A stretch of 64,000 nt of DNA from Candidatus Nitrospinota bacterium M3_3B_026 (GTDB taxonomy: Bacteria > Nitrospinota_A > UBA7883 > JBPRGF01): NCBI GenBank assembly GCA_051418015.1, contig JBPRGF010000003.1, positions 160,001 through 224,000 on the forward strand. Direction: 5' to 3'. A program made the translations under genes and the position numbers. Shown here in pieces: positions 31,337 to 40,566 of this stretch; position 1 is the stretch's first letter; each line of letters opens with the position of its first letter. Under the pieces are notes generated by a model. That model searched no databases and had not been told where the DNA came from. It saw only the letters and a program-made list of their open reading frames with translations.

Positions 31337-31565
31337 TTTTATTAGCCTTTGTATTACAAAAGGATATCGTTTCAGGCGGGTTCCTGGCGCCGCCATGGAA
31401 GGACATGATGTCCTGTTTCCGGGCGCCGGCCGCGGCCTGTAGCGGGACATCGGGACGGCCGGACCGGGCGCCGTCCGCGGCATTTGGGAGGGGATCAGGG
31501 TTCGCGGATAATCGGGCGAAAAACAGGGCAGAAAAATTCGCCGCCCGAGGAGAGACGGGAGGGGG

Positions 31566-31889
31566 TCAATCCCGTCCAGGCTCTATGGTGCAGGTCAGCG
31601 GAAAGCCGCTCGCCCGTGCCTGCTGGTGTGTCTGCTCGACCTTGAACTCCGCCCTCTCCAGCGGCATCTGGGCGATCCTTTCCAGCCCGTTGTTGTGTAT
31701 GCTCAGCATGGTCCGCTCCGCCTCCCACAGGTCGAAGCCGTATATCCTGACAAGCGCGTCCACGACAAACTCCATGGTGGTGACGGGGTCGTTGTGCATC
31801 ACCACCCAGTAAAGCGGCGCGAAGCTTTCGCGCTCAGCGGCGTTGGTGTATGATTCCGTCCCAACGCCTGGTTTATTTTTCCCGGTCAT
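31566..31889 (-). CDS. clpS: ATP-dependent Clp protease adaptor ClpS
   Basis: YWVVMHNDPVTTMEFVV, MLSIHNNG, FPLTCTIEP. Confidence 0.92.
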   Translation of the reverse strand: MTGKNKPGVGTESYTNAAERESFAPLYWVVMHNDPVTTMEFVVDALVRIYGFDLWEAERTMLSIHNNGLERIAQMPLERAEFKVEQTHQQARASGFPLTCTIEPGRD

Positions 31890-31926
31890 GGCCGTGTCCT
31901 CATGGTCGATGCTATATTAAATTTTA

Positions 31927-33111
31927 ATGGACGAAAAGCTTTCGAAAGTCAACTTTCTTTGCCAGTACCTGTCCTCCTCCCGCTCCGAGGAGCAGGTCCT
32001 GGACATGGCGATGATGATATCCCATGACATCCTGGGGTACGACCACGCCATCGTCCGGTTCGTGGAGGACGACAGGCTGGTCTCGCGCAAGTGGATAGGC
32101 TTTCCCCGGGAGGCGGCCGACCTCCTGATCCGCGTGGGGGAGGGGATCACGGGCGAGGTGGCGCGCGCAGGCGAGAGCATGATGGTGGACGACACGCTGA
32201 AAGACCCCCGGTTCATCACCGGTGCCGAGGGGACGCGGTCGGAGCTTTGCGTCCCCCTGACATACAACAACCGTGTCATAGGCGTCTTCAACGTGGAGAG
32301 CGAACGTCCCGCCTTTTTCACCCGGCGCGACAAGAACCTGCTGGAGACCCTCGCTTCCCAGATCGCCGCTGCCGTGGAGACGGCCAGGCTGCGCGAGGAG
32401 CTCGTGAAGGCGGAGAAGCTGTCGGTGGTCGGCTCCATGGCGTCCTCCATCCTCCACGATATCCGCAACGACATCCACCGGCTGCGCGCCTGCTCCGACC
32501 TGTTGAAAAAGAAGGACGCCCCGCAGGAGCGGACGGAGAGGATATCGGAGATGGTCCGAAAATCCGCCGATAACATATACGGCCTCATCGAGGACATCTT
32601 CGAGTTCGTCAAGACGGGCCGGACCATGCTCCAGCTGGAGAAGACCCACCTTGCGCCCCTGCTGGACTCCATAGCGGGCCAGCTGCTGGCCTCCGCGCCG
32701 GAAAACGTGAGCATGACCGTGGAGGCCGACCCCGCGATAGAGCTTGCTCTTGATACGAGACGGTTCCGCCGGATGATGCTCAACCTGCTCAACAACGCCG
32801 TGGAGGCGATGCCCGGCGGCGGACGGATAAGGCTCCAGGCTTTGGCGGGGGAAGATGAGCGGGTTCTCATAAAAGTCAGCGACACCGGCATCGGAATCGA
32901 AAAGGCCAGGATCCCCAGGATCTGGGACGCCCTCTACACCCATGGCAAGAAGGAGGGCACGGGCTTCGGCATGGCGATAGTCAAAAAGATCGTCGAGGAC
33001 CACGGCTGGAGCGTCGCCGTGGAGTCGGAGAAGGGGAAGGGGGCGACCTTCACCATCACCGCGGCCCCGGCAGGGGCCGAAAACCAGGGAGGCGGCCCGG
33101 CCGGCCGATGA
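31927..33111 (+). CDS. GAF-domain sensor histidine kinase (cytoplasmic)
   Basis: GEGITG..SELCVPL GAF domain; H-box HDIRN; NLLNNAVEA, DTGIGI, GTGFGM. Confidence 0.92.
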   Translation: MDEKLSKVNFLCQYLSSSRSEEQVLDMAMMISHDILGYDHAIVRFVEDDRLVSRKWIGFPREAADLLIRVGEGITGEVARAGESMMVDDTLKDPRFITGAEGTRSELCVPLTYNNRVIGVFNVESERPAFFTRRDKNLLETLASQIAAAVETARLREELVKAEKLSVVGSMASSILHDIRNDIHRLRACSDLLKKKDAPQERTERISEMVRKSADNIYGLIEDIFEFVKTGRTMLQLEKTHLAPLLDSIAGQLLASAPENVSMTVEADPAIELALDTRRFRRMMLNLLNNAVEAMPGGGRIRLQALAGEDERVLIKVSDTGIGIEKARIPRIWDALYTHGKKEGTGFGMAIVKKIVEDHGWSVAVESEKGKGATFTITAAPAGAENQGGGPAGR

Positions 33112-35084
33112 GCGCCCCGGCGGAAGGCGTGGCGCAGGGCCGCTTCCATGGCGCATGGGCGGCGGCGCGGCTCGCCGTCATCGCCGCCCTGGGGGCGCTG
33201 GTCTATTCGAACATCCTGGACGCGCCCTTCGTCCTGGACGACAACAGGAATATCGCCGACTCGCCCCACGTCCGGAGCTTCGATTTTCTCACCAGGTGGA
33301 GCAGCCTGCATTTCCGCTACGCCGCCAGGATAACCTTCGCCCTCAACTACCAGCTCGGCGGGCTCGACGTCACGGGCTACCACGTGGTCAACATCGTCAT
33401 ACACATACTGGCCGCCTTCTCGGTCTACTGGCTGGCGGCGCTGCTGCTGAAGACCCCTCTCCTGCGGGCCGGACGGGCCGATGGCGGCGGCTGGATGGGA
33501 TATATTCCGTTCGCCGCCGCGCTGATATTCGTCCTCCATCCCGTTCAGACCCAGGCTGTCACATATATAACCCAGCGGTACGCGAGCCTCGCGGCGCTCT
33601 TTTACGTCCTGTCGGCGGCGCTTTACATAAAGTCGCGCCTCGCGGAAAGGGGGACGGGGCGCGCCCTCGCGTACACGGGCGCCCTCGGCGCGGCCGTCCT
33701 GGCGATGCTCAGCAAGGAGAACGCCGTCACCGTCCCGGTCAGCGTCGCCGTCATCGAATGGATGTTTTTCAGAGGCGCGCCCTGGAGCAGGATAAAACCG
33801 CTCCTTCCCTTCCTCGTCCCCATGGCGCTCGCGCCGCTTTCCATCATCGCCTTCGGGATGAGCCCCTTGAAGATGGGCGACGCGCCGCATACCAACATGG
33901 AATATCTTCTGACACAGTTCGGCGTGATCGTGAGATACCTGCGGCTCTATTTCCTGCCGATGAACCAGAACCTCGACTACGACTGGCCGGTGACAGGTTC
34001 GATCCTTGATCCCGCGGCGTTTCTGAACCTCTTCATTCTGCTTGCGGTTTTCGCCTTTGGCGTTTTTCTGCTGCTGCGCTCGCGGACGGGCGACGGCAGG
34101 CTGAGGCTCGCGGCGTTCGGGATATTCTGGTTTTTCATCACGATTTCCGTGGAGTCGAGCGTGATCGTGATCGACGACCTGATATTCGAGCACCGGGCCT
34201 ACCTGCCGTCGGCGGGGTTTTTCATCGGCGCGGCGGCGCTCGCCTCCCTCGGGGCGGCCCGGCTGACCAGGGCCTTGCCTCGCGCCCGCGCTGTCCCCGT
34301 CCTCGCCGCCGTGGCCGTGGCGGCCGCCCTGGGCGCGGCCACTTACGCGCGAAACGAGGTCTGGAAAGACGATATCACCCTGTTCAAGGACACGGTGAGG
34401 AAAAGCCCGGACAAAAGCAGGCCCAGGAACCTGCTCGGCGTGGCCTACCTGAACGCGGGCCGCCTGGACGAGGCGATCGACATGTTCCTGCTGGCCATAC
34501 GCATGAAGCCGGGGTCGACCCAGCCCCGGATGAACCTGGGGCTGGCCTACATAAAGAAGGGGATGATCGACAGCGCCATAAAAACCTACAGGGACCTGCT
34601 GGCCATCGACCCGGACAACGTCATGGCGCGCAACAACCTGGCGGGCCTCTACGTCAAAAAGGGGTATTACGGCGACGCCGAGCGCGAGTTCCGCCGCGCG
34701 CTCGCCGTGGACCCGGACGACATGTACGTCCACAACAACCTCGGCGTGCTGTATGAGCGGCAGGGCCTGTGGGAGCAGGCGGCGCGGGAGTTCGAGCTGG
34801 TCGTCGGCGCCAACCCATACGACGGGAAGGCCAGGTACAACCTCGGCACGGCGCGCCTGCGGATGGGCCGCCCGGCCGAGGCCGCGGAGCAGCTCGAGGC
34901 CGCCGCGAGGCTGATCCCGGACGACCCGGACGTCTACAGCAACCTGGGCTACGCCTACGCGGGGATGGGCCGCCTGGAGGAGGCCGTCCGCGTCCTCCGG
35001 AAAGCGCTTGAGCTCGACCCCGGGCACAGGGACGCCAGGGAAAACCTCGACGAGGTCAAAGGCAAGCTCGGCGGGAGAGGCTGA
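33108..35084 (+). CDS. TMTC-like GT-C membrane glycosyltransferase with TPR tail
   Basis: FVLDDNRNI, HPVQTQAVTYITQR, SKENA, EHRAYLPS, RNEVWKDD and several TPRs. Confidence 0.85.
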   Translation: MSAPAEGVAQGRFHGAWAAARLAVIAALGALVYSNILDAPFVLDDNRNIADSPHVRSFDFLTRWSSLHFRYAARITFALNYQLGGLDVTGYHVVNIVIHILAAFSVYWLAALLLKTPLLRAGRADGGGWMGYIPFAAALIFVLHPVQTQAVTYITQRYASLAALFYVLSAALYIKSRLAERGTGRALAYTGALGAAVLAMLSKENAVTVPVSVAVIEWMFFRGAPWSRIKPLLPFLVPMALAPLSIIAFGMSPLKMGDAPHTNMEYLLTQFGVIVRYLRLYFLPMNQNLDYDWPVTGSILDPAAFLNLFILLAVFAFGVFLLLRSRTGDGRLRLAAFGIFWFFITISVESSVIVIDDLIFEHRAYLPSAGFFIGAAALASLGAARLTRALPRARAVPVLAAVAVAAALGAATYARNEVWKDDITLFKDTVRKSPDKSRPRNLLGVAYLNAGRLDEAIDMFLLAIRMKPGSTQPRMNLGLAYIKKGMIDSAIKTYRDLLAIDPDNVMARNNLAGLYVKKGYYGDAEREFRRALAVDPDDMYVHNNLGVLYERQGLWEQAAREFELVVGANPYDGKARYNLGTARLRMGRPAEAAEQLEAAARLIPDDPDVYSNLGYAYAGMGRLEEAVRVLRKALELDPGHRDARENLDEVKGKLGGRG

Positions 35085-35095
35085 CAGCGGCGGGG

Positions 35096-36295
35096 TCAGA
35101 GCCTGTTGATCTGTTCTTCTATCAGCTTCGGTATATCCGGGTCGGGCTCGCCGGATTCGCGGTTCAGCGCGAGCGCCTTTTCGAAAAACTGCATGGCCTC
35201 CCTTTTCTTCGCGCCCTCGGCGTATGCCTTGCCCATGTTGAAATGGACCACCGCGTTCGCGGGGTCGACGTCCAGCGCGGCCATGTAGGCGGCTATGGCT
35301 TCCCTCCACTGGCCCTTTTTCCTGTAGCTGATTCCGGCGCTGTTGTACATGTTTATGAACCCAGTCTTGTCGTCGCCGGAAAGCTTAGGCCTCTTTTTCC
35401 TTCTGGCGGTCACGGAGCGCGTTATGTACTCCGTGGCCAGGTCCGCCTCCTCCCGGTCGAGACACGCCTCGGCCACCTCCTCCATCCTGCCCGGCTCCAG
35501 CGCCAGGGCGCCCTCGAAGGCCTGGCGCGCCTTCTCCTGGTCGCCTTTCTCAAGATAGATACGGCCTATGGTTATCTTCCTCTCCGCCATGAGGGGGCTT
35601 ATCCTGTCCGCCTGGACAAGGGCGCGCAGGGCCTCGCCTCTCTTGCCCTTTTCGAGCAGGAATTGCGCCAACGTTTTGAGAGCCTTCAGGTAATTCGGGT
35701 TCTTCTCCGCCGCCTCCCGGTAGTAGCGTCCCGCCGTCTCATCGTCCCCCAGGTTCCTGTGGGCGCGGCCGAGCAGGAGCCTCGCCCCGGCGCTGTCCGG
35801 CTTCTGGCCCAGAACATCCTCCAGCAGGCTCACGGCGGCGGCGTCTTCGCCATTTTCCATCAGCTTCTCGGCCTCCTCCATGGTTTTCGCGTAAGAGGGA
35901 GGGTCGAAGATGTTCAGTATCTTTTCCTCCAGGTCCGTGGCGGTGAAAGGTTTTATGAGATAGCCGTCGATCCCTTCCTCCACGGCGCGGGTTATCCGCT
36001 CCTCGTTCGTCTCGGCGGTGACCATCAGGACGGGGATTTCGCGCAGGCCGGGGTCGGATTTCATCTTTTTCAGAACCTCCAAGCCGGAAAGGCGCGGCAT
36101 GTTCCAGTCCAGGAGCACTATGCCCACGTAGCCCCTTACCTCCTCTATTATCTCCAGCGCCGTGTCGCCGTCGTCGGCCTCCTCGATATTCAGAACGCTG
36201 ACCCCGAGGGTGGTCAGGAAATTCTTTATCATCTTGCGGATGATCACCTGGTCGTCGACGGCGAGGATGATCTTCTCCTTGAGAAAGGAGGCCAT
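35096..36295 (-). CDS. Response regulator receiver plus TPR protein
   Basis: AVDD, LLDWNMP, MVTAE, IKPF receiver motifs; C-terminal TPRs. Confidence 0.9.
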   Translation of the reverse strand: MASFLKEKIILAVDDQVIIRKMIKNFLTTLGVSVLNIEEADDGDTALEIIEEVRGYVGIVLLDWNMPRLSGLEVLKKMKSDPGLREIPVLMVTAETNEERITRAVEEGIDGYLIKPFTATDLEEKILNIFDPPSYAKTMEEAEKLMENGEDAAAVSLLEDVLGQKPDSAGARLLLGRAHRNLGDDETAGRYYREAAEKNPNYLKALKTLAQFLLEKGKRGEALRALVQADRISPLMAERKITIGRIYLEKGDQEKARQAFEGALALEPGRMEEVAEACLDREEADLATEYITRSVTARRKKRPKLSGDDKTGFINMYNSAGISYRKKGQWREAIAAYMAALDVDPANAVVHFNMGKAYAEGAKKREAMQFFEKALALNRESGEPDPDIPKLIEEQINRL

Positions 36296-36711
36296 GGGAG
36301 GTCTTCTCTTCCGGCTCAGGGACTTCGTGTAGCGGGATGATTCGGAGATCATGGCTATGCGCGGCGCTCCGGCAAACTGTTCATTCGCCTCGGTTTCTCG
36401 ACTCTTGGGACAGTCTAACACAGGGGGAAAGTAATAACATTAAATACCGGCGGCCGGATCCCGGGCAGGATGGAAACGTGGATATTCGCACAACTTGCCC
36501 GATCTCCCCCATCCCCGCCGTTGTGAACAGAGCCCGCGCCCTGGGTTTCCATGGGTCACGTCAAGCCGCGGTTCAGGGCCGCGCGGCGCCGGAAGCTGGT
36601 ATTTGCGCAAAGGTCTCCATCTCAAAAAATTCTCTCCAGCAAAAAGCGGACTGGCTTTAGAATGTAGCCGGAGCAGCCTTTTTTTCCGGCTTGTTTGGGG
36701 ACCCAGAGAAA

Positions 36712-38235
36712 ATGTCTTTGCGCGTGAAGTTCACCCTCCTGACGTTCGCCGCCGCCACGATCGCCTTCACACCCGCCGTCTATATGCTCCACGGCGCCTC
36801 CGGCGGGGCGGCCATGGACGAGGCCCGCAGCTGGCTGACGGACGCCTCGGCCTCCCTTGAAACGCTCATCGAGGAGCGGTTCAGGAGAATACGCGAAAAC
36901 CTCGCCCACGCCGCCACGGGGCTCACCGCGAAAAACGCCGCCAGGGAGTTCGAGGAGGCCGCCTACGCCCTGGCCCCGTCCCTCGAAAAGGCGATGCGGA
37001 CGCTGCGGGAGGACTACGTCCACAAAAACCCCCACCCGGAAAACGCCCGCGCCCTGCTGGCCAGGGGGCCGGACGACACCCTCTACGACAGGATCCACAA
37101 GGCGCGCCACCCGCGTTTTTACCTGTACCTGAAAAAAGAGGGGCTGGAGGACATCCTCCTGATCGAGCCGGAAAAGGGTTTCGTGGTCTACTCGGCGCGC
37201 AAGGACGAAATCTTCGGCCGCTCCGTATTCAGCGGCGAGCTGAAAGACAGCCACCTCGGGCAGGCCGCCGCGCAAGTCTTCAGGGGAGAGGCCGGGGGCG
37301 GTTTTCACGGTTTTTCACCTTACGGCAACGGCGGCGCGCTGTCGGCCTTCATCGCGTCAGCGGTGACAGAGGAAGGGGCGGTCCTCGGTGTCATGGCGGC
37401 GAGGCTCAAGGCGCGGGCCGTCCTGGGGGACATTTTGCGAAGCGGCCTGTGGCCCCGCGGCGGCCTCTCCGCCGTGGTGGTGGATGATCGGGGCGAGAGG
37501 CTGGCCGCCTCGGACGGCGGCGGGCCGCCATTGCCGCAAGATACGGAGCCCGGGTCTGCTTTCGGGCCCGGCCTGCTCGATGGGGCGGATGGAAAAGAGT
37601 GGCTGGCCGTATACACCCCCTTGGAGATAGATGGTCTGGAGCTTTCCCTCGCCGCTGGCGCCCCGGCGCCCGCTGGGGCGAGCCTTTCCTCCGCGGCCGG
37701 CAGAAGCGCGCTCATGGCCGCGGCTCCGGCGGCCCTCGCCGCGGCTGTCCTCTACATCGTCCTGTCCCGTCTCGTCACCTTCCGGCTTGAGAGAATGGGG
37801 GAAGCGCTCCGGGCGATGGCCGCCGCCGGGGCCGACCTGGCCTCCATCCCCCCCCTTGGCGATGACGGCGGGGACGAGATAGGGCGAGCCGCCGCGCTGT
37901 ACAACGACGCCCTGCGAAGCGTGGCGGACAGAGTCCTGGAGCTCGAGTCCCGGGCGAGGTCGCTGGCCAGGTACATAGAAAAACTGCAAACCCAGCCCCC
38001 GGCCCCCGGCGAGGAGAACGAGGAGCAGAGGGAAAAACTGCTGACACTCTACGCCAGCGAGGCCGAAAGGCTGGCGGAGACCATCCGGCGGCAGCGAAGG
38101 GAGATGGAAAAACTTAAAAGCGAGCTGGCCGTGATGAAAAAGGACGCGGAGGAGAAAAGAGGGGAGAACAGGGAAAAAGAAACGCCGGAAAAAGACGCGC
38201 CGCCTCCTTCACAGGGGAAGCTGCCGGGGTTCTAA
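36712..38235 (+). CDS. Membrane sensor: dCache-like periplasmic domain, TM, HAMP and short coiled coil
   Basis: HPRF..EDILLIE..VVYSARKD..F..G.LKDSHLG resembles MCP Cache domains; HAMP DEIGRAAALYN; no signalling domain seen. Confidence 0.7.
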   Translation: MSLRVKFTLLTFAAATIAFTPAVYMLHGASGGAAMDEARSWLTDASASLETLIEERFRRIRENLAHAATGLTAKNAAREFEEAAYALAPSLEKAMRTLREDYVHKNPHPENARALLARGPDDTLYDRIHKARHPRFYLYLKKEGLEDILLIEPEKGFVVYSARKDEIFGRSVFSGELKDSHLGQAAAQVFRGEAGGGFHGFSPYGNGGALSAFIASAVTEEGAVLGVMAARLKARAVLGDILRSGLWPRGGLSAVVVDDRGERLAASDGGGPPLPQDTEPGSAFGPGLLDGADGKEWLAVYTPLEIDGLELSLAAGAPAPAGASLSSAAGRSALMAAAPAALAAAVLYIVLSRLVTFRLERMGEALRAMAAAGADLASIPPLGDDGGDEIGRAAALYNDALRSVADRVLELESRARSLARYIEKLQTQPPAPGEENEEQREKLLTLYASEAERLAETIRRQRREMEKLKSELAVMKKDAEEKRGENREKETPEKDAPPPSQGKLPGF

Positions 38236-39038
38236 AGGGAGGAGGCCAGCCCGCGAAGCCCTCCGGATATGCTCCGCAGCCTTTGCGCCGTCTCCGCTGG
38301 AAAGGCCGTGGAAAGCTCCTCCAGCGCCGAGGACCGGTCCATAAGCTCGCCCCTCGCCCTGTCGCGGCGCATGGCCTCCACCTGTCCCCGCACCCGGGCT
38401 ATGGCGCCGCTGTTCTCGGTTATCATGCTCTCGTTCAGGCCGACCCCTTCCCTCAGAGCGCCCATCTCCCCCTCGAGCGCGCCCGCCGCCGAGAGCGCCT
38501 CGTTCACGCCGACGGTGTTCTTTTCTATATAAGTGTTCATGATAAGAGCGATCAGCATCGCCGCGCTGGCCACGCCAAGAGCGAGGAAAGATAGGATGGC
38601 CTGCCCGCGCCACGCCCTCGCGGGTTTGCCGGAGACCGCGGCGGGGGGCGGCTTTTCGGGCGGGGGCGCGCTCGAGGGCGCGGGTTCTTGCTCCGCTTCG
38701 GCGGTCTGCTCCGCGTCTTTCGCGGTCCTCCTTTCTGGTTCCTCCCCCTTCTCCTCCCCGGCGGGCCTGGAAAAAGGTATCACGTCGGCGGGGCTCTCCT
38801 CCGGCCGCTTTTCGGCCTGCTGAGGCTGGACGAGGGATATCCTGGGCGCCTGTCCCTCCTCCCCCGCGTCCCCGGGCCCGCTGGTGGTCAGGAAATCCAG
38901 GACGTCATCGAAATCCGACTGGGAGATGAAGGAGATCGGGCTTTTCACGGGGGCGCCGCGCTCCCCGAGGATTCTCATGAGCTCTTTTGTCTCGATGTTA
39001 AGCTTTCTCGCGGCCTCGTACACCCTTATTCCGCTCAA
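38232..39038 (-). CDS. IF2 N-terminal-domain protein with TM helix and coiled coil
   Basis: IRVYEAARKLNIETKELMRILGERGAPVKS resembles IF2_N; P/E-rich linker; TM AILSFLALGVASAAMLIALIM. Confidence 0.75.
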   Translation of the reverse strand: MSGIRVYEAARKLNIETKELMRILGERGAPVKSPISFISQSDFDDVLDFLTTSGPGDAGEEGQAPRISLVQPQQAEKRPEESPADVIPFSRPAGEEKGEEPERRTAKDAEQTAEAEQEPAPSSAPPPEKPPPAAVSGKPARAWRGQAILSFLALGVASAAMLIALIMNTYIEKNTVGVNEALSAAGALEGEMGALREGVGLNESMITENSGAIARVRGQVEAMRRDRARGELMDRSSALEELSTAFPAETAQRLRSISGGLRGLASSL

Positions 39039-39243
39039 TGCTCCGCCCCTGGAAAGTGAAAAGAACTGTCCACAGCCGGATAATACCTCATGCCCGGCTC
39101 CCGCGCAAGACGCCGCGCCGGCGGAAAGTCTCGCGCCGGAAAAAACTCCGGCGGGAATCCACCGCGCCCGGGGTTATCCATCAGGGGCGCAAAACGGTTA
39201 TAATTACCGTTCAACCTTTGGAGACCGGACGATTCGCCGCCCG

Positions 39244-39711
39244 ATGAAGACAAAAATTCGAAAAGAAGACCTCGCCGTCATGTACGGGCACGCGGAGGCG
39301 GAGTATCCCGACGAGTGCTGCGGCGTCATCATAGGCGACCCCGAAGACCCCGGCGCCAACGAGGTCCGCCCCGGCAAAAACATCCAGGCCCAGCTCAAGG
39401 AAAAATACCCGGATGTCTACAGCCGCGGCGCGGACACGGGCTACTTTCTGGACCCGCGGGACCTGAAGGCCGCCTTCGAGGAGGCGGCGAAGAGGGGGCT
39501 TCAGGTCATAGGCTTTTACCACTCCCATCCCGAGCACGAGGCCTACTGGTCCGAGGAGGACAACCGCGCCGCCATGTGGGAAGGCTCGGACGAGCCTTTC
39601 TATCCGGACGCGGTCCACGTCGTCATCTCCATCTTCGACGGCAAGGCGAAGGGCGCCGCCGCGTTCGCCTGGGACAATGAGGAGAAGAGGTTCACACGGC
39701 ATGACCTTTGA
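39244..39711 (+). CDS. JAMM/MPN+ (M67) metallopeptidase
   Basis: EYPDECCG and FYHSHP..AYWSEED (HxH-x7-S-x2-D). Confidence 0.9.
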   Translation: MKTKIRKEDLAVMYGHAEAEYPDECCGVIIGDPEDPGANEVRPGKNIQAQLKEKYPDVYSRGADTGYFLDPRDLKAAFEEAAKRGLQVIGFYHSHPEHEAYWSEEDNRAAMWEGSDEPFYPDAVHVVISIFDGKAKGAAAFAWDNEEKRFTRHDL

Positions 39712-39768
39712 GAAGGGCCGGGGGAGAGCGCCGCGCCCTGCGGGGCGAAAAGGCTTCGGGCCGCGGCG

Positions 39769-40566
39769 ATGACCGGCGCGGAAGTCGTCAAGGTCGAGAA
39801 CCTGACCGTCCGGTTCGGCGGGGAGGTGGCGCTTTCCGGCGTGACGTTTTCCATAAAAGCGGGCAGCTTCACCGGCCTGATCGGCCCCAACGGCGCCGGG
39901 AAGACAACGCTGCTGAAGGCGCTTCTGGGGCTTGTGAAGCCGGACGAGGGGAGGATACTGGTCTTCGGCCATCCGCCGGGCAAGTCCCACAACCTCATCG
40001 GCTACGTGCCGCAGTCCTCCAGGATAGAAAAAGACCTTCCCGTCACCGTTCTGGACGTGGCGCTGATGGGGCGGAACAGCCTTTTGGGCGTCGGCAGGCG
40101 TCCCGGGAGGGAGGACGTGGAGGCGGCTCGGAAAGCCCTTGAGCGGGTGGGGATATCCGATCTCGCCTCCAGGCGGTTCGGGTCTCTGTCCGGCGGGCAG
40201 GCGCAAAAGGCGCTGATCGCCAGGGCGCTTTCCGGCGGGCCGAGCCTTCTGTTGCTGGACGAGCCGACCACCGGCGTGGACGCGCCCGCCCAGGAGAGCT
40301 TCTACGCCATGCTCCACGACATGATCTCCAGCCTGAACATGACCATCGTCCTGGTCAGCCACGACATCGGCGTGGTGGCAAGCCACGTCTCCGGCATCAT
40401 CTGCATAAACAGGAAAATCTTCTGCCACGGCCCGCCGGCGAAGGTGGCGGGCGAAGGAGTCATAGAAAAGCTCTACGGCGCCGGGGCGGAGATCGTCATG
40501 CACCATCACGGCGCCTCCCGAAGGACGCCCGGGCGCGGGGAGGAGCGGGGAGGGCGCGATGGTTGA
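39769..40566 (+). CDS. znuC: Zn/Mn ABC transporter ATPase
   Basis: GPNGAGKTT, IGYVPQ, LSGGQ, LLDEPT, VSHD, His-rich tail. Confidence 0.88.
   Translation: MTGAEVVKVENLTVRFGGEVALSGVTFSIKAGSFTGLIGPNGAGKTTLLKALLGLVKPDEGRILVFGHPPGKSHNLIGYVPQSSRIEKDLPVTVLDVALMGRNSLLGVGRRPGREDVEAARKALERVGISDLASRRFGSLSGGQAQKALIARALSGGPSLLLLDEPTTGVDAPAQESFYAMLHDMISSLNMTIVLVSHDIGVVASHVSGIICINRKIFCHGPPAKVAGEGVIEKLYGAGAEIVMHHHGASRRTPGRGEERGGRDG

Noticed and set aside
31220..31483. 87-aa minus-strand ORF and overlapping plus-strand ORFs (31160, 31249)
   Set aside because: They run through the sigma-54 promoter or antisense to clpS and the small ORFs, with no SD and non-coding-like composition.
32934..35309. 791-aa minus-strand ORF, and similar long ORFs at 1583, 23887, 39211, 41260 and 58879
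   Set aside because: All lie antisense to well-supported genes and have no domain signatures.
39066..39182. DnaA-box-like CTGTCCACA and TTATCCATC in the IF2_N/JAMM spacer
   Set aside because: Two mismatches each, no cluster and no AT-rich unwinding element; insufficient evidence for oriC.
39244..39711. JAMM protein as part of an anti-phage system (CBASS Cap3 or Bil)
   Set aside because: No CD-NTase, E1/E2 or ubiquitin-like gene nearby; the context is housekeeping.
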